64,000 bases of DNA. Origin: Selaginella moellendorffii. Taxonomy: Eukaryota > Plantae > Lycopodiophyta. Shown here piece after piece: positions 13,577 through 25,000 of this stretch; within the stretch, counting starts at the first letter, position 1, and each line of letters opens with the position of its first letter. Position numbers and translations under genes: made by a program. Location of the stretch: positions 2,286,544 through 2,350,543 of the forward strand of contig NW_003314273.1 in the NCBI RefSeq assembly GCF_000143415.4, written 5' to 3'. Under the pieces are notes generated by a model, which saw only the letters and a program-made list of their open reading frames with translations, did no database searches and was not told where the DNA came from.

Positions 13577-15260
13577 CTCCTTTCGCTCTAAGCTCCATCG
13601 AGCTCAAGCTTAACCTCCGAGGTGGAAGGCTAGTTCAAGCAGAAGTTATACTTTAACTCGAGGCATGGAGACTGTTTACCTTGGCATCTGAGTCGTGTAC
13701 ACGAGCAGCCAAATGCAAACCTCCAGAATTGGCCGAGTGATTTGCCTCAACCACGGGCTTCTCCAGATTCTCCACCTCACGGATCCTAAAAGTGCTCCAT
13801 TAGTCACTTGTTCTATCTCTCAAGCATGAAGACTTACCTGTGGGAGTGCTTGTTGCCGGGCCTCCTCATCCCAAACTCGATGATCCTTTGCATGTGCTTC
13901 TCCATCTCAGCTCACTTCTCCGCTGCTGCCGGAAGCCGAACAATGAAAGCATCTCCAGGATCGAACACAGTGCCACGACAAGACAATGGATCCAAAGCCT
14001 GTTCCTGGGCTCTTCAATCATTGCCGCTCTGACGAGCAGCACTCGACAAGAATGGATCCTCCGGGAGAGAAGCTCTTGGCACCTTCTTGTGCTCGTCGAC
14101 TCCGTGGATCGCTGCTGGTGGATCTCGTCCCAATGATGGCGTCAGGCGGTCGTCAACCGAATTGGTAGCAGCACCATAGATTGGATTCATCTTGAGAAAA
14201 GCCGAAGGTGGCAGTCGCCTTGGAGGCCTTGTGAGTGGAGGACTGGCCACCTTTGTGCTGGCATTTAGCTGCGACGGTCGAAGCTGCTGCTTGCTCCTCT
14301 CTTGAACGAAGGAATCGAGCTTGTCCCGGAGCTCTGCGTCCTCAATCTTGCTCAAGGGAACGAGATACTCTTGCTGACTGCCGCTGCTACCGCCAGGAAG
14401 ATGGCTGCTCCCGACGTAGCGCACCAGGATGTTGTTCGCCTTCTTTCTTCTTCCCTTCACGAGTATCCAGATGCCGTTGACGATGGCCACCATAGCAAGC
14501 AGGAAAAGGACGATGCCTGCTGCAAGCAGCCCCGGTGTCGAAAACGCTGCCGCCGCCGCTGCTGCTGTTGATGATGACGACCACAGAGGCGGAGCAATAG
14601 ACAAGGGGCCAGGCGGAGGCGGCAATGAAAACGTGTGAAAGACAGACGACCCTGGTTGCCATGTTATCGTGTCATGAGCGGGCCTTGGTCGCCAAGTGGT
14701 TGTCCCAGAAGAAGGTGGCGGCCCTGTATGCTGCTTTGCTGGTGGAGGTGGGTGTTGCTTTGCTCCTCCTCCGTGGCTGTGCTGCTTTGATCCATGGCTT
14801 GTTGATGGAGGTGGCGGACTGTACTGGTGCTGCTTTGCTGCGCCGTGGCTTGCTGGTGGAGGTGGCGGACTGTGCTGGTGCTGCTTTGCTGCTCCATTGT
14901 TTGTTGGTGGTGGACTGTGCTGGTGCTGCTTTGCTGCTCCGTGGCTTGCTGGTGGAGGTGGTGGTGCTCCATGGCTGTCCTGCTTTGGAGGTGGTGCTCC
15001 TCGATGGCTGTGCTGCTTTGCTGCTCCATGGTGTTGCTCTGCTGGTGCTGGTGGAGGTGCCTGACTGTGAGCGCTGCTGTGAGGTGGCGGAGCTCCTCTC
15101 GCCCTCCTTGGCGATGGTTTGGGAGGCGGTATGCTACCTGGAGGTGGCAGTCTCGTTTTGGGCGGTGTCGCCCTCCTGTGCCCTGGCGAGGCGGATGCAC
15201 GCTCCTGTGCGCAGCTGGAGGTGGCGCCCGACGAGGCGGAGACGAGATGATGCTAGCCAT
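13577..15260 (-). pseudogene. Pseudogene of a proline/histidine-rich (extensin-like) single-pass membrane protein
   Basis: ATG 15260 (MASIISSPPRRAPPP) needs a 1-nt frameshift near 15190 to reach SPPPPASHGAAKQHQH repeats, a TM segment (GLLAAGIVLFLLAMVAIVNGIWILV) and KGRRKK. In-frame TGA at 14016 and 13914, TAG at 13590. GT-AG introns at 13837-13786 and 13679-13615. Confidence 0.7.
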
Positions 15261-16191
15261 ATTTCTTGCTTACCGAATTCGCTTCCGAGAAACCTGTTTT
15301 TTTAGATCATGAAGGTTTAGTGCATATAAATACCTGGTCTAGATTCTCGTACAGACGCATTATCTGCATCTTCCCCCCAAAAAAACAGGAAAAGGGGAAA
15401 GAAGAGCGAGCTCATTGATAAACTCTCAGGCTCAATTCTAGGAGAAAGATCAAAGATGAGAATGTTCCTTCACCATGCTCCATGCATAAGAATTTGATCA
15501 AAATCTCACTGTAGAAGCTCACGTTATTTGAGAATTCTTTTCATTGTCTTCAACGGGCACACGGATCAGGTTGGGGTTGATGTTTAATATTTGATCATAG
15601 TGCAGTGATAAATAACGACTTAAATTACCATCTTTACCACTATATTTAAAGCTTTATTTTTGGACTTAAAATTTAGTCGTACATTTGTCACAAATAACTA
15701 TTAAACATCACGACTATATTTTTCGTTTTATAACCATTATAAATGACTTAAAATTCAGTTATAAATTGCAACTACAAATGTCAACTTAGGTTTGCTTAAG
15801 CAAACCATAAAGCCAAGAGTTCAAGCATTAACTACTGTCAAGGAAGAGGAGGTTAGCATTAGATAGTTTAGAGAATGAAGAGGATTACAACCAAGCTAAA
15901 GGACAGTCTTATATAAACAGAGTTATGTCACAATAGTAGTTCAACTTGCTAATTTGCACAATTGGTAATTGTCCTTGGCTGGCATGAAACTACTATGCAT
16001 AGGATTATGACTGAACATAAAGAATTTTTTTAACTCTAGTCAGAAATAATGACTACTAAAAATAACTGTGTATTTTAACTTAAATTTATAAAACTACTGT
16101 GACTTAAATTGTAGTTATAATATCAATGGAAAGCTTAATGACAAAAATTTAAGTTTTATATGCGAATTTTTGGCAATAACTTAAAACTAAA

Positions 16192-16656
16192 TCAGGCTTG
16201 TGTAGTAATCTTGTTCATGTCGGGCACATTCTGCAACAATGAGCCAGCTGCCTCATCGGCTCCCCCGATGATGCTGGATTGAAAGAGCCAGCAGGTCCCC
16301 CAGTTAGGATCAGGATCACTGAGTAGGAGCTCAATGCTTTGTACTGGATTGTTGGCAGTGTCCAGTGCTGGCCACTGAGCCCAGGCAAGCTTGATGCTAC
16401 CAGGAACTCGTACTTGATTGGGAGTGTCCAGCCCTGGCCACTGAGCCCATGACACATAATCGATGCCAAAATTCTTCCACACATATGCAATCCTGCCATA
16501 GACACCTTGCTCGATGTCTGTGGAGAAGACGCTGTAGACGTGGATGAAGGCCCCAACGAGGGACTTGGAATCCATGGCCTGCTTAGTGTCCAGGGTGACA
16601 TAGCACAGCCCATCATTGGCTGAAAGAACCATCACCTGGAACTCAAGGAGAGCCAT
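16192..16656 (-). CDS. Hypothetical protein, 154 aa, single exon, with internal WAQWP(G/A)LDT(P/A)N duplication
   Basis: Intact ATG-TGA ORF forming a more GC-rich island in very AT-rich DNA; possible upstream splice acceptor (cctacacctcag) near 16682. No family recognised. Confidence 0.55.
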   Translation of the reverse strand: MALLEFQVMVLSANDGLCYVTLDTKQAMDSKSLVGAFIHVYSVFSTDIEQGVYGRIAYVWKNFGIDYVSWAQWPGLDTPNQVRVPGSIKLAWAQWPALDTANNPVQSIELLLSDPDPNWGTCWLFQSSIIGGADEAAGSLLQNVPDMNKITTQA

Positions 16657-17329
16657 GAATGAGGATGTGAAGCTCCTTCCTGAGGTGTAGGATGATTTTC
16701 AAAGTAAAGTAAGCACTTTACTGATGAGCACAAAATTCTTACATCATGATGAAACAAGAGGAGCTCAATCAACGACTTATGATAACAAGATAGTTAGAAC
16801 AAGAAGTTAGTATATATATTCCAAAATACCTGATCCTTGTGATGGCCAAAAGTGTCATAATAAAAATTTGGAAGTCCTTGAATGAGCATGAGTAAAGTTT
16901 TTTTTGCCTATACTTATAAAATAGTGATATACAAACAAAAACGAGAATGTAGAAGAAAAAGAAGAAAAGAAGAGTAGAATAAAAAAAGAATATCATAGAA
17001 CTCAGCCTCGAACCCAAAAGACATGAGTAAGGATAAGTATATGTCAATCTCTTAACTCTACTTTGCACAAACAGTCATAGGCAAGAAAAAAAATGGTTAA
17101 TTCAATGCAAATGTATACAACAGTGAGTGGGGGTTGTTTTTCAACACATATAAGTGTTATTTATATACTACATGATTTTATAACCATTCATAACTACTTT
17201 ATATTTGTTTATGACAAACATTGCCTAGGTTAGGCCTTTCTTTTTTAAATGCTTAAGTTTAAGCATAACTCTATTTCATCTATACTTCTTTTTTCTACTC
17301 TGTTTAGGAAGATATACAAAATAAAACAT

Positions 17330-19290
17330 TTACCTCTTCATCACTCCCCTATAACAAAGTTACTACCTGTCCTCAAGTAATCAAATTCTCAAAATCCTAC
17401 TCTAAGTTGTTGAGTTTAGTTTTCATAATGACAAGTTTAACACTTCGGCATAAATCATTGAGTTCCTAATGCATGATTTGATTCTCTTGGTAAAGCATAG
17501 TGATGTGCTGGTCCTGGCGGCTAATGCACTCTGTATTCGTGGATGTGGAAGTCAAGATTGTGCTCTTGAGCTCTTGGATTATATGGCACTGATGATTCTG
17601 CTTGCCCATGACTCGATTCACTTTCTTGGTGATTGTTTTGAGGTAACTCAAGACTTGCATACAATACTTCATAGTTTCCCTGTCTTGTACCAACTTGTCA
17701 ACTGGCTACTTGCCTCCCTTGATGTGTTAAGCGAGCTCTTCCATGAAGCTTCGAATTGCTGGCTCATTAAGTTGACTCGCGGACTTCTACGTGAAGGTGT
17801 AGCTATCTTTAACCTTATAGTGCTGCTGCGGCATCTGCTACTGTTGTGGCTGCCTCATCTTGCTAGACTTGTCAATTGAGGGTGTGTCACTATTAAATGC
17901 ATAGGTGGACTGGAGAAAACTTAACTTGTACTCCTCCAGTTCACCTAGACCCTCTTTTGTAACCTCATCTTCTTTGTCCTGTTGAGTTTCTTGGCCTAAA
18001 CTCACCTCATTAGCTATGTCTACAGCCAATGATTTTACAACATCTTTAGGCACATCATGTGTTGGATTTTATGGCCTAAATTCTAGAATTTCTTCCACAA
18101 CTTCAGCATTCATCATTTGCTTAGTGTTTGTCCATTTGTGTACTTGTCACTTCTCCGATACTCGAAGAGATTTGTATAGGCATCAGAGTTGTCTCTATAG
18201 ATATAGACAAGTCATGACTTTGTTCCTGATCCAGGCATGGCATTTTATCACCATACTTGTTACATCCAATTTTTCTGCAGTATACTTGACCATTGGATTT
18301 CTGCAGAATGAACCTTGGAGGTCTCACAACTTAGATTTTTGGATATAGGAGGAGTTTCTTTTTGAGAGGAGAATTTTCCTCATTTGAATTTATATTATCA
18401 AGATTCTCCTCCACTTCCACATCTCTTGCCATCTCCCTCGGAGGAGATACTAGAGGTGGTGGCTTAATGGTAAGTGATCCACCTAAGCGGTGTAATGCTT
18501 GTAGATGTGCTGTAAAAAAATAAAAACTCCTGTCTTCACTTGCCTTCCCTTGCCTACCTGTAAGGCAATATTTTTCATTTCGGCCACAAATCCATTGTAC
18601 ACAAAATGAGCTATGTTTATTTACCATCCAGTCTCGATAGTTTCCAACAAGTAGGCTATCTTGATGCTAGCATTTTGCGCAATTGTCCTCCCATCAATGA
18701 TGGCACACAACATTTTAAGCCTAGTATAATACTTAGGCTTCAAGTAGGTGAAGTTGCCTCCTCATCTAAATATGTAGTTTAGGAGGATATATTGTTTGGG
18801 CATGCAATCCATCTTGCTCATCATGATTATTTTGCCTTTGTTGTATAGGCAAAAAATTTGAGCAAATTGGGTGAGTCTAAAGAGATAGACTCACCTGTGG
18901 AAAAGAAAAGCATGCTCCTTTGGGTACCACTTTTGTATAAGCTCAATCCCTTGCTTAATTGTTATTTCTCGTACTTTACTTGGCTATAATCTAGCTCCTC
19001 ATTGCCAAATGAAATTTCCGTCACATACTTGTTTTATTTAGGCATTTTTGCTGTCTGTGGAGATTTGTAGGTGAACCATTTGGCATTAGGCGACCAAGAG
19101 ACAGAGTGTGGTGCCAACAAAGGTGCCCAAGAGATATTTTGTGTCGACGGTGCAAGCGTGGAGTTGACAATTTGTGGCAGTGGCGTGAGGACAAATTCAC
19201 TCCGCCCAATCAAGAGTGTGCTCAACCCAATAGATAGCAATAATGGTGTTTGTTCTTGTGCAGCCCTAGGCAGCGTTTGAGCTGCCATAC
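17330..19290 (-). pseudogene. Degraded, intron-containing TE-associated gene with a plant-transposon-protein (Transposase_32-like) domain
   Basis: Minus-strand translation TQFAQIFCLYNKG...LKMLCAIIDGRTIAQNASIKIAYLLETIETGW*INIAHFVYNGFVAEMK, with stops and GT/AG junctions. Resembles the extra ORF at 22721-24469. Confidence 0.5.
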
Positions 19291-19639
19291 ATCACTTTGG
19301 AGTTAATCCTAAAGTGTCAGTGCATTTTGGTAAAGGCATAAGCATAAAGTGAGTGAAAAAGAAAGAGTAAGAGAGAAAAAGAAGCTCTTTAGCTGCCTCT
19401 AAATTATCTAAGTCGCCCTACCTTACTGCATTAGCCTACTCATTAATCTTCATGGTTTATTGGTAGAGTTTATTGAATGAGGCAAGAAAAATGTAAATGT
19501 TACTCTTAGAGTATTTGGCCCTTCTTTTCTTTTCCTTTAAATCTTGCATTGCTTAGGGAAAATTTCTATAAGCCATACCAACAAGATTTTGTGTTCCAAA
19601 GAAAAAAAATTTGTCCAATATATCCCTTGATTTCTTTCT

Positions 19640-22050
19640 TTGGAACTTCTATCGCAAATGTGACTTCGGGTATCGAAAGTTACTTGTCGGCCAATCCTTT
19701 CAGATGATCTTTCCTTATTGCCATGACGGTAGGAGGTTGGTATTGCTGGACTCTTTATTAGTCTTTGCCTAAGCTAGTTGAGAAACTGGTCATCACATGT
19801 GCACTTAGACCGGAAGGGCACTAAGGAAGGAAATCCTAAGTTGTCATTTAGTCAAGCATACTTAACATGGTGACGAGAAATTCATGTTGATGGCTTGCAC
19901 TTGCTAGTGTTGGGAACCCCTACGATATTGAGTTTGGTCCCTCAATATTAGGTAGATGATAGCTTACCGTATTTGCCAAACACCTTCGCAATCATGCACC
20001 TTATGTTAGTACCATTTAGTCCTAATTGCTATTTATGGAAAGTGTCTAGATTTTCTCATTTGGCATATCTGTGAAATGTAGAGATTGTCTTGAACACAAT
20101 AGTGTTTGTCCCATGTCCAAATTTGCAATTTAGAGACATTCCATATTTAGTAAGTTTTGAGCTTGTCCAAGAGATTAATTCTTGGTACTAAAGGTGGCTA
20201 AGGGTGAAAGCCCAAAACATGTGTTCCTGAAGTGGGGGGGGTATAGGGGTTCAAAATGTATAGTAGGGATAGTGGGTAGGTTAGACATGGTTGACCAACC
20301 TAAGGTATAGTTTAGCTCTTGCTTGCGTGCCTATCCTTATTCTGTGTCTGCTTGTGTCTAAGCCCAAGTTTCATACCATGCTAGTTAGTGAAGTACTCAT
20401 ATCCTCTTGTTAAGCCATTAGTATACTGAAATAGCACTAAACTCCGTTTAGCTCTGTTTTGCATGTTGGTCTTAGCATTGGGATGCTAGATGCTCTAGGA
20501 TTGTTCCAAGTCACTCTGTGCTCTTGTCCCTTCGCTCTTTAGGTTATATGCTTGGGAGTCATACTATGTTTTGGTTCCTTCGCTCTTTGGCTCAATGCTT
20601 ATAAATTTGGCTTCGTTCCTTCATTTTCCTTCATTTTCAGGGCCCAAGGCCCTGAAACTCAGGTTCCACACCACTGTCCTTGGGACATGTGGCATGTGGC
20701 ACATGGCATGTGACACATGGCATATGAAGGGTTTAAATTCCACTTTGTGGTTATCCTATGCTAAATCACCATAGGATAAAGGGTAAAAACCACTTGTCCT
20801 ACATTTGGTATCAAATGATGAGTCTTAGCAAGTACTATCCAATGAGATTGGGCAATTAGTCTTGTTGCATATGCAAAAATGAAAACGATGATCTAAGTAC
20901 ATATTTAGAGACTAAGACTTCACATTCATTCCTTAGGTATGGATTTTAGTTACCTTTTTGTACCATATTCTGTGGGTTTGAGCTTGGGCTCTATAAGCTC
21001 TTGAGTTTGGACTTTCTGGGAGGTCACCCAACCCAGTACTATTCAAACTTAAGGATGCTTAACCCCAAATATCTCAAGACCCTTAACCGATTGGAAAAAA
21101 GGGTGCATTTTTGTTCATGGGCCCTTTCCCTCTATATTTGAATCCCATTGATCATCTCTCAAGTCGTTCCCTTTAGTTTCTTACAATCCACCACGCTTCC
21201 TTACAAGTTCATGCCCTCGTGAACGAAAGCTGAGAACCGCAACTCTCCCAAGAGCCCTGCTCTCTTGACACCCTACCCCTTAGGTTAAGCCCAGCCGGAG
21301 TATACTAGACCCTTGCTAGATGTCAATCAACATGTGGTGCAATTCCTCTAGCCAACCAACAAAGTCGGACCTGAGACCCGATATTTGACTAGTACTAGGT
21401 TGGGTGACCTCTCGGGAAGTCTAAATTCAAGAGCTTACATTTGCTATTAAAGAGGTCTTGGGTTAACTTTGTTGGTTGGCTAGGGGAATTGCATCACATA
21501 TTAATTGACATTTGGCAAGGGTTCAGTATACTCCGGCTGGGCTTGACCTGAGGGGTAGGGTGTCAAAAGAGCAGGGCTCTTGGGAGAGCTGCGGTTTTCA
21601 GCTTCCATTCACGAGGGCATGAACTTGCAAAGAAGCATGGTGGATTATAAGCAACCAAAGGGAACGACTCGAGAGATAATCCATAGCGGTTCAAATATAG
21701 AAAGAAAGGGCCCATGAACAAAAGTGCACTCCCTTTTCCAATCAGTTAAGGGTCTTAGAATACTTGGAGTTAAGCGTCCTTAGATTTGAATAGTACTGGG
21801 TTGGGTGACATCCCGGGAAGTCCGAATTCAAGAGCTTATAGACTCGTGAATGAAGCATATTAGCAACTCAAGGTTACACTTGAGTTGGCAAGATGGATTT
21901 GAAATGTACCATTTTGCACAAGTTTGTGCTTGGGCTTGTAAGAGAGGCATATTGTTATTATGGAAAAATGAATGTTACGGAGAAAAGAAGGAAACAAAGG
22001 GGAAAAGCGAAAAGGGGTTGGAATGGTGAAATTGCGAATTGGTTGGCTCA
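19640..22050 (+). mobile_element. LTR retroelement relic in the order internal-PPT-LTR(20242-20803)-PBS-internal; second copy at 62595-64000
   Basis: PPT gaagtgggggggg, then TATAGG(=TGTAGG)...CCTACA, then PBS tttggtatca (tRNA-iMet type). Colinear similarity with 62.6-64.0 kb. Confidence 0.75.
20992..21840. mobile_element. Palindromic (fold-back) Cassandra-type TRIM derivative with 5S rRNA-like LTRs
   Basis: Minus-strand LTR 20992-21185 and internal domain to 21378, then plus-strand partial LTR ~21381-21439, PBS-like tttgctattaaagag, internal 21440-21645 and LTR 21646-21840. Flanks are GGCTC/GACTC. 5S-like block at 21768-21823. Confidence 0.88.
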
Positions 22051-22059
22051 GTTGAGCAT

Positions 22060-25000
22060 TTGGTCACCAGTCGGATTACAAGTCTGACGAGAATAGAAAG
22101 AGAGGCTACATGATTGGCCGGTTGTACAACTCCTCAATCTGCACTAAGAACTTGGCCGTCAACAGAACTGAAGGTGGGCAAGGATGGCGTAGGCCACAGA
22201 ATCAACAAAAACCCAGAACAAGTGAATGCACTGGTACAACAGAAAGTAAAACTGAGTGAAAACTAAATGCATCTCGGTGTCGATCTTGGAGCACAGAGTA
22301 GGAAATTAAATCTCACAAGCAGTTGATAAAGAAAAGTTTTACAGAGTTTTCCTTTGTGCAGAGTAAAGATGGGATAAAATTCTCACTCTCACAACTAGCC
22401 TATTTATACTAAGTCCTTGGCAACCATGTCCATGCTTGTCACCATGGTCCTTTCGGGTTTGTGTCTACAGTATGGATGTCGTCATTTGGCAACCGCTCTT
22501 GGTAACCACTCCCAGGTCATTTGTACCTGTCCGGTGTTCGAGTCTGTTGTAGAGTTGCTGCTGTAGAGTGTCGAACCGAGATCACTGAGAAACTGAAGTT
22601 GGAGTCATCGGGTTGGAACTTGGGCAGTTTGACCTTGAGTCCAACTATTTGGGACTTAGCGGCATTTTGATGTTTGAACTTGTGCTGCCAAATATTCCTT
22701 CTGTCCGACTTTTTCCTTTATCACACTCCCAGACTTAAATGACACTCCATCCTCAGAGTGTCTTGACTGCTTGATCGATGTGCCTTCCTTTTGTACTTTT
22801 TGTTCATTTTTATGTGAAGCAATTTTCTCATGTAAATAGTTTTCTTTATTTCTCTTAGTTCGAGCAGAAAGGAACTTGATAGACCTGACAGAAGTGAGCT
22901 TGTATCAGGTGAATTCCCCCTCTCAGTGTCCCTTGGTGTGAACAGGAGGGCACGGCATGTTGGTGAAAAACTGCTCATATCGTGCATTGGTCTCTCAAAG
23001 TTCATCATCAACTTCCTCGCCGTCTCAACTACTCGGAAAAACAACCCCCAAAAAATCATAGCCCAGTTCATGAACCGATTCCGATCCACTGCGATGAACG
23101 CCCATAGCACGTTGATGAGGACGCTCTTCAGGTTGTTCCTGCACCCCATGATCACGCTAAGAGGGCGAAGTACTGCTACTGCCTCGGCGCAGAACTTGGA
23201 TAGCTGCAGCCCCCTGGTCTTCGCTCTCCTTGCGAGATGTTCCTCCCAGGTCGTCCCCTCCTTCAGGTACGGCATATACTCGTTGTAGATCTTCGACGGT
23301 GGCTCCTCCATCTCATACACCTCGTTGGGGAAATTGAACACCTTGCTGAAGAACTTGTTATTCAACAGGACCTCTTTACCGTAGAGCCAGATGGTTCCCC
23401 TGCTTGGATCCATCGCCATCATCATCTGTGAGTAAAACCGCTCTTCCTCCGGAGATGGTCCGATCAACCCTTCTCTTAGCAATTTGAAGTTATCTCCCAG
23501 TTCGCGGTCGTTGAACCAGGCTGTTCTTCCCCTCACACTTTGCCTACTTCGCCTTAAGTGGTAGGAGAGAAGAACTTGCGATTGCCATCATCCTGGTTGC
23601 GTTTTCTCTGCTGGTGAACACTGTAAAAAATGCAACCGTCAGCTCCGACTTAGAAACCCTAATCGTGTTTTCCTCAGTCGGAACTTCTTTTGGCTCTTCC
23701 TCCCGTAAACGATGATTCATCCTGACCATTGTTTCCACATGCCAATGGTTGAGGCCCCACTTTGGTGTGAAAAATGGTTGCCCACAGAAAAATAATTGGG
23801 ACTTAATATCTCGGCCACTGTGCAGTGAAATTAATCGTCTTAATTTGGGCTCTGTCGTAATAATAGTGTAGAGTAGGTGTCCCCACTGTGATTGGATCGG
23901 GATGCGTCCCCCGATATCTCTCGCTTCTTGCGCCCGCTGCACTGTATTAACCATCTGTTTTAAAAGTATGCTCGCCCAATCAATAGGATATTCGTTGTGG
24001 AAGTGGTGAAAGATCCACATCACTTCCAGTCTAACTCCTTGTAGTCCATCCTCATAATCCAACGTGTGTGCTAGTGCGTGTGTGCTAGTGTGACTATCCG
24101 TCTTCGGAATCCAGGTGCCAACACCTTCTTGCTGTAGGACAAATGGGTTGTACTCCCCAGATCCTTCGTCCGTAAATATGGTTCCAACCACTTGGTGTCA
24201 GTTGGAATTTCTTGTGTAGGATCGACTTCTCCTCCTACCTGAGGAATGTCGAACACCTTTCAAATTTTCGCTTCGGTCACCGGTGTTTCTCTTCCTTCAA
24301 AACACAACACCCTTTGCTTGAATCCTCTGATCGCATACTCCGTGATCTCCTGATTGATGTTGACTTGATGTTGTGCATACTTGTGCATCGGTGTCCTCAT
24401 GATCCAATGCCAATCAAACTCCTTTTCCGGTTTTCCGTACGTATCCCACAGTTTCATCTTAACTTCCATTTCGCCAGTGTCTTCATCGCTCGATTCCTCC
24501 CAGTGTACTTCCGTATGCCAGGCTTCTACTTCAGCTTCTTCCTCCTATCGCTCCTTTTCTGACTCAGACTCCTCTTCATCTATCGCTGGTAGAGGCTCTC
24601 CCAGACTTACCTGACCATCCGTCTCGGGCGGTAAGAGCGCAGGGTTACGTCGCAGCTTGTTCAGCTTGTTGATGGTTGGGCATCAGGATCGTTCGGTTCC
24701 TCAAGTAGTACATTGCTGTTGAGGTTAACCTCACGCACAACATACGGACCTTTCCACTTGGGCACAAACTTATGACCAATAGGTTTGATCTTACCCTGGT
24801 AGTGATATACCCAGTCACCAACACAGATAGGATCCCATTGATGACTGCACATCGCACGATCATGCCAGGCCTTCTGCCTTGACTGCATAGCACGGATGTG
24901 GTAGTACGCTTCCAAGCACTTCTCGTCCAACTCCTCGAGTTGTTGGAGACGGTGCTGAAGAACTTGGACGTCTCCGAGCTGATGCTCCACGGCAATTCGA

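Noticed and set aside
13588-14016. Stop codons repaired by RNA editing
   Set aside because: Plant C/U editing is organellar; this is a nuclear intron-containing locus, and C>T decay explains the stops.
14625-15312. Plus-strand Leu/Cys/Trp-rich ORFs and the minus-strand Gln/His-rich 198-aa ORF
   Set aside because: Shadow frames of the Pro-rich repeat pseudogene.
15598-16130. CACTA transposon end at 15638
   Set aside because: Subterminal-like palindromes are present, but one lies outside the CACTA and no matching TAGTG end or TSD could be found.
21768-21823. 5S rRNA gene
   Set aside because: Only the ~56-nt internal control region is present, embedded in LTRs; the 5S 5' and 3' stems and terminator are absent.
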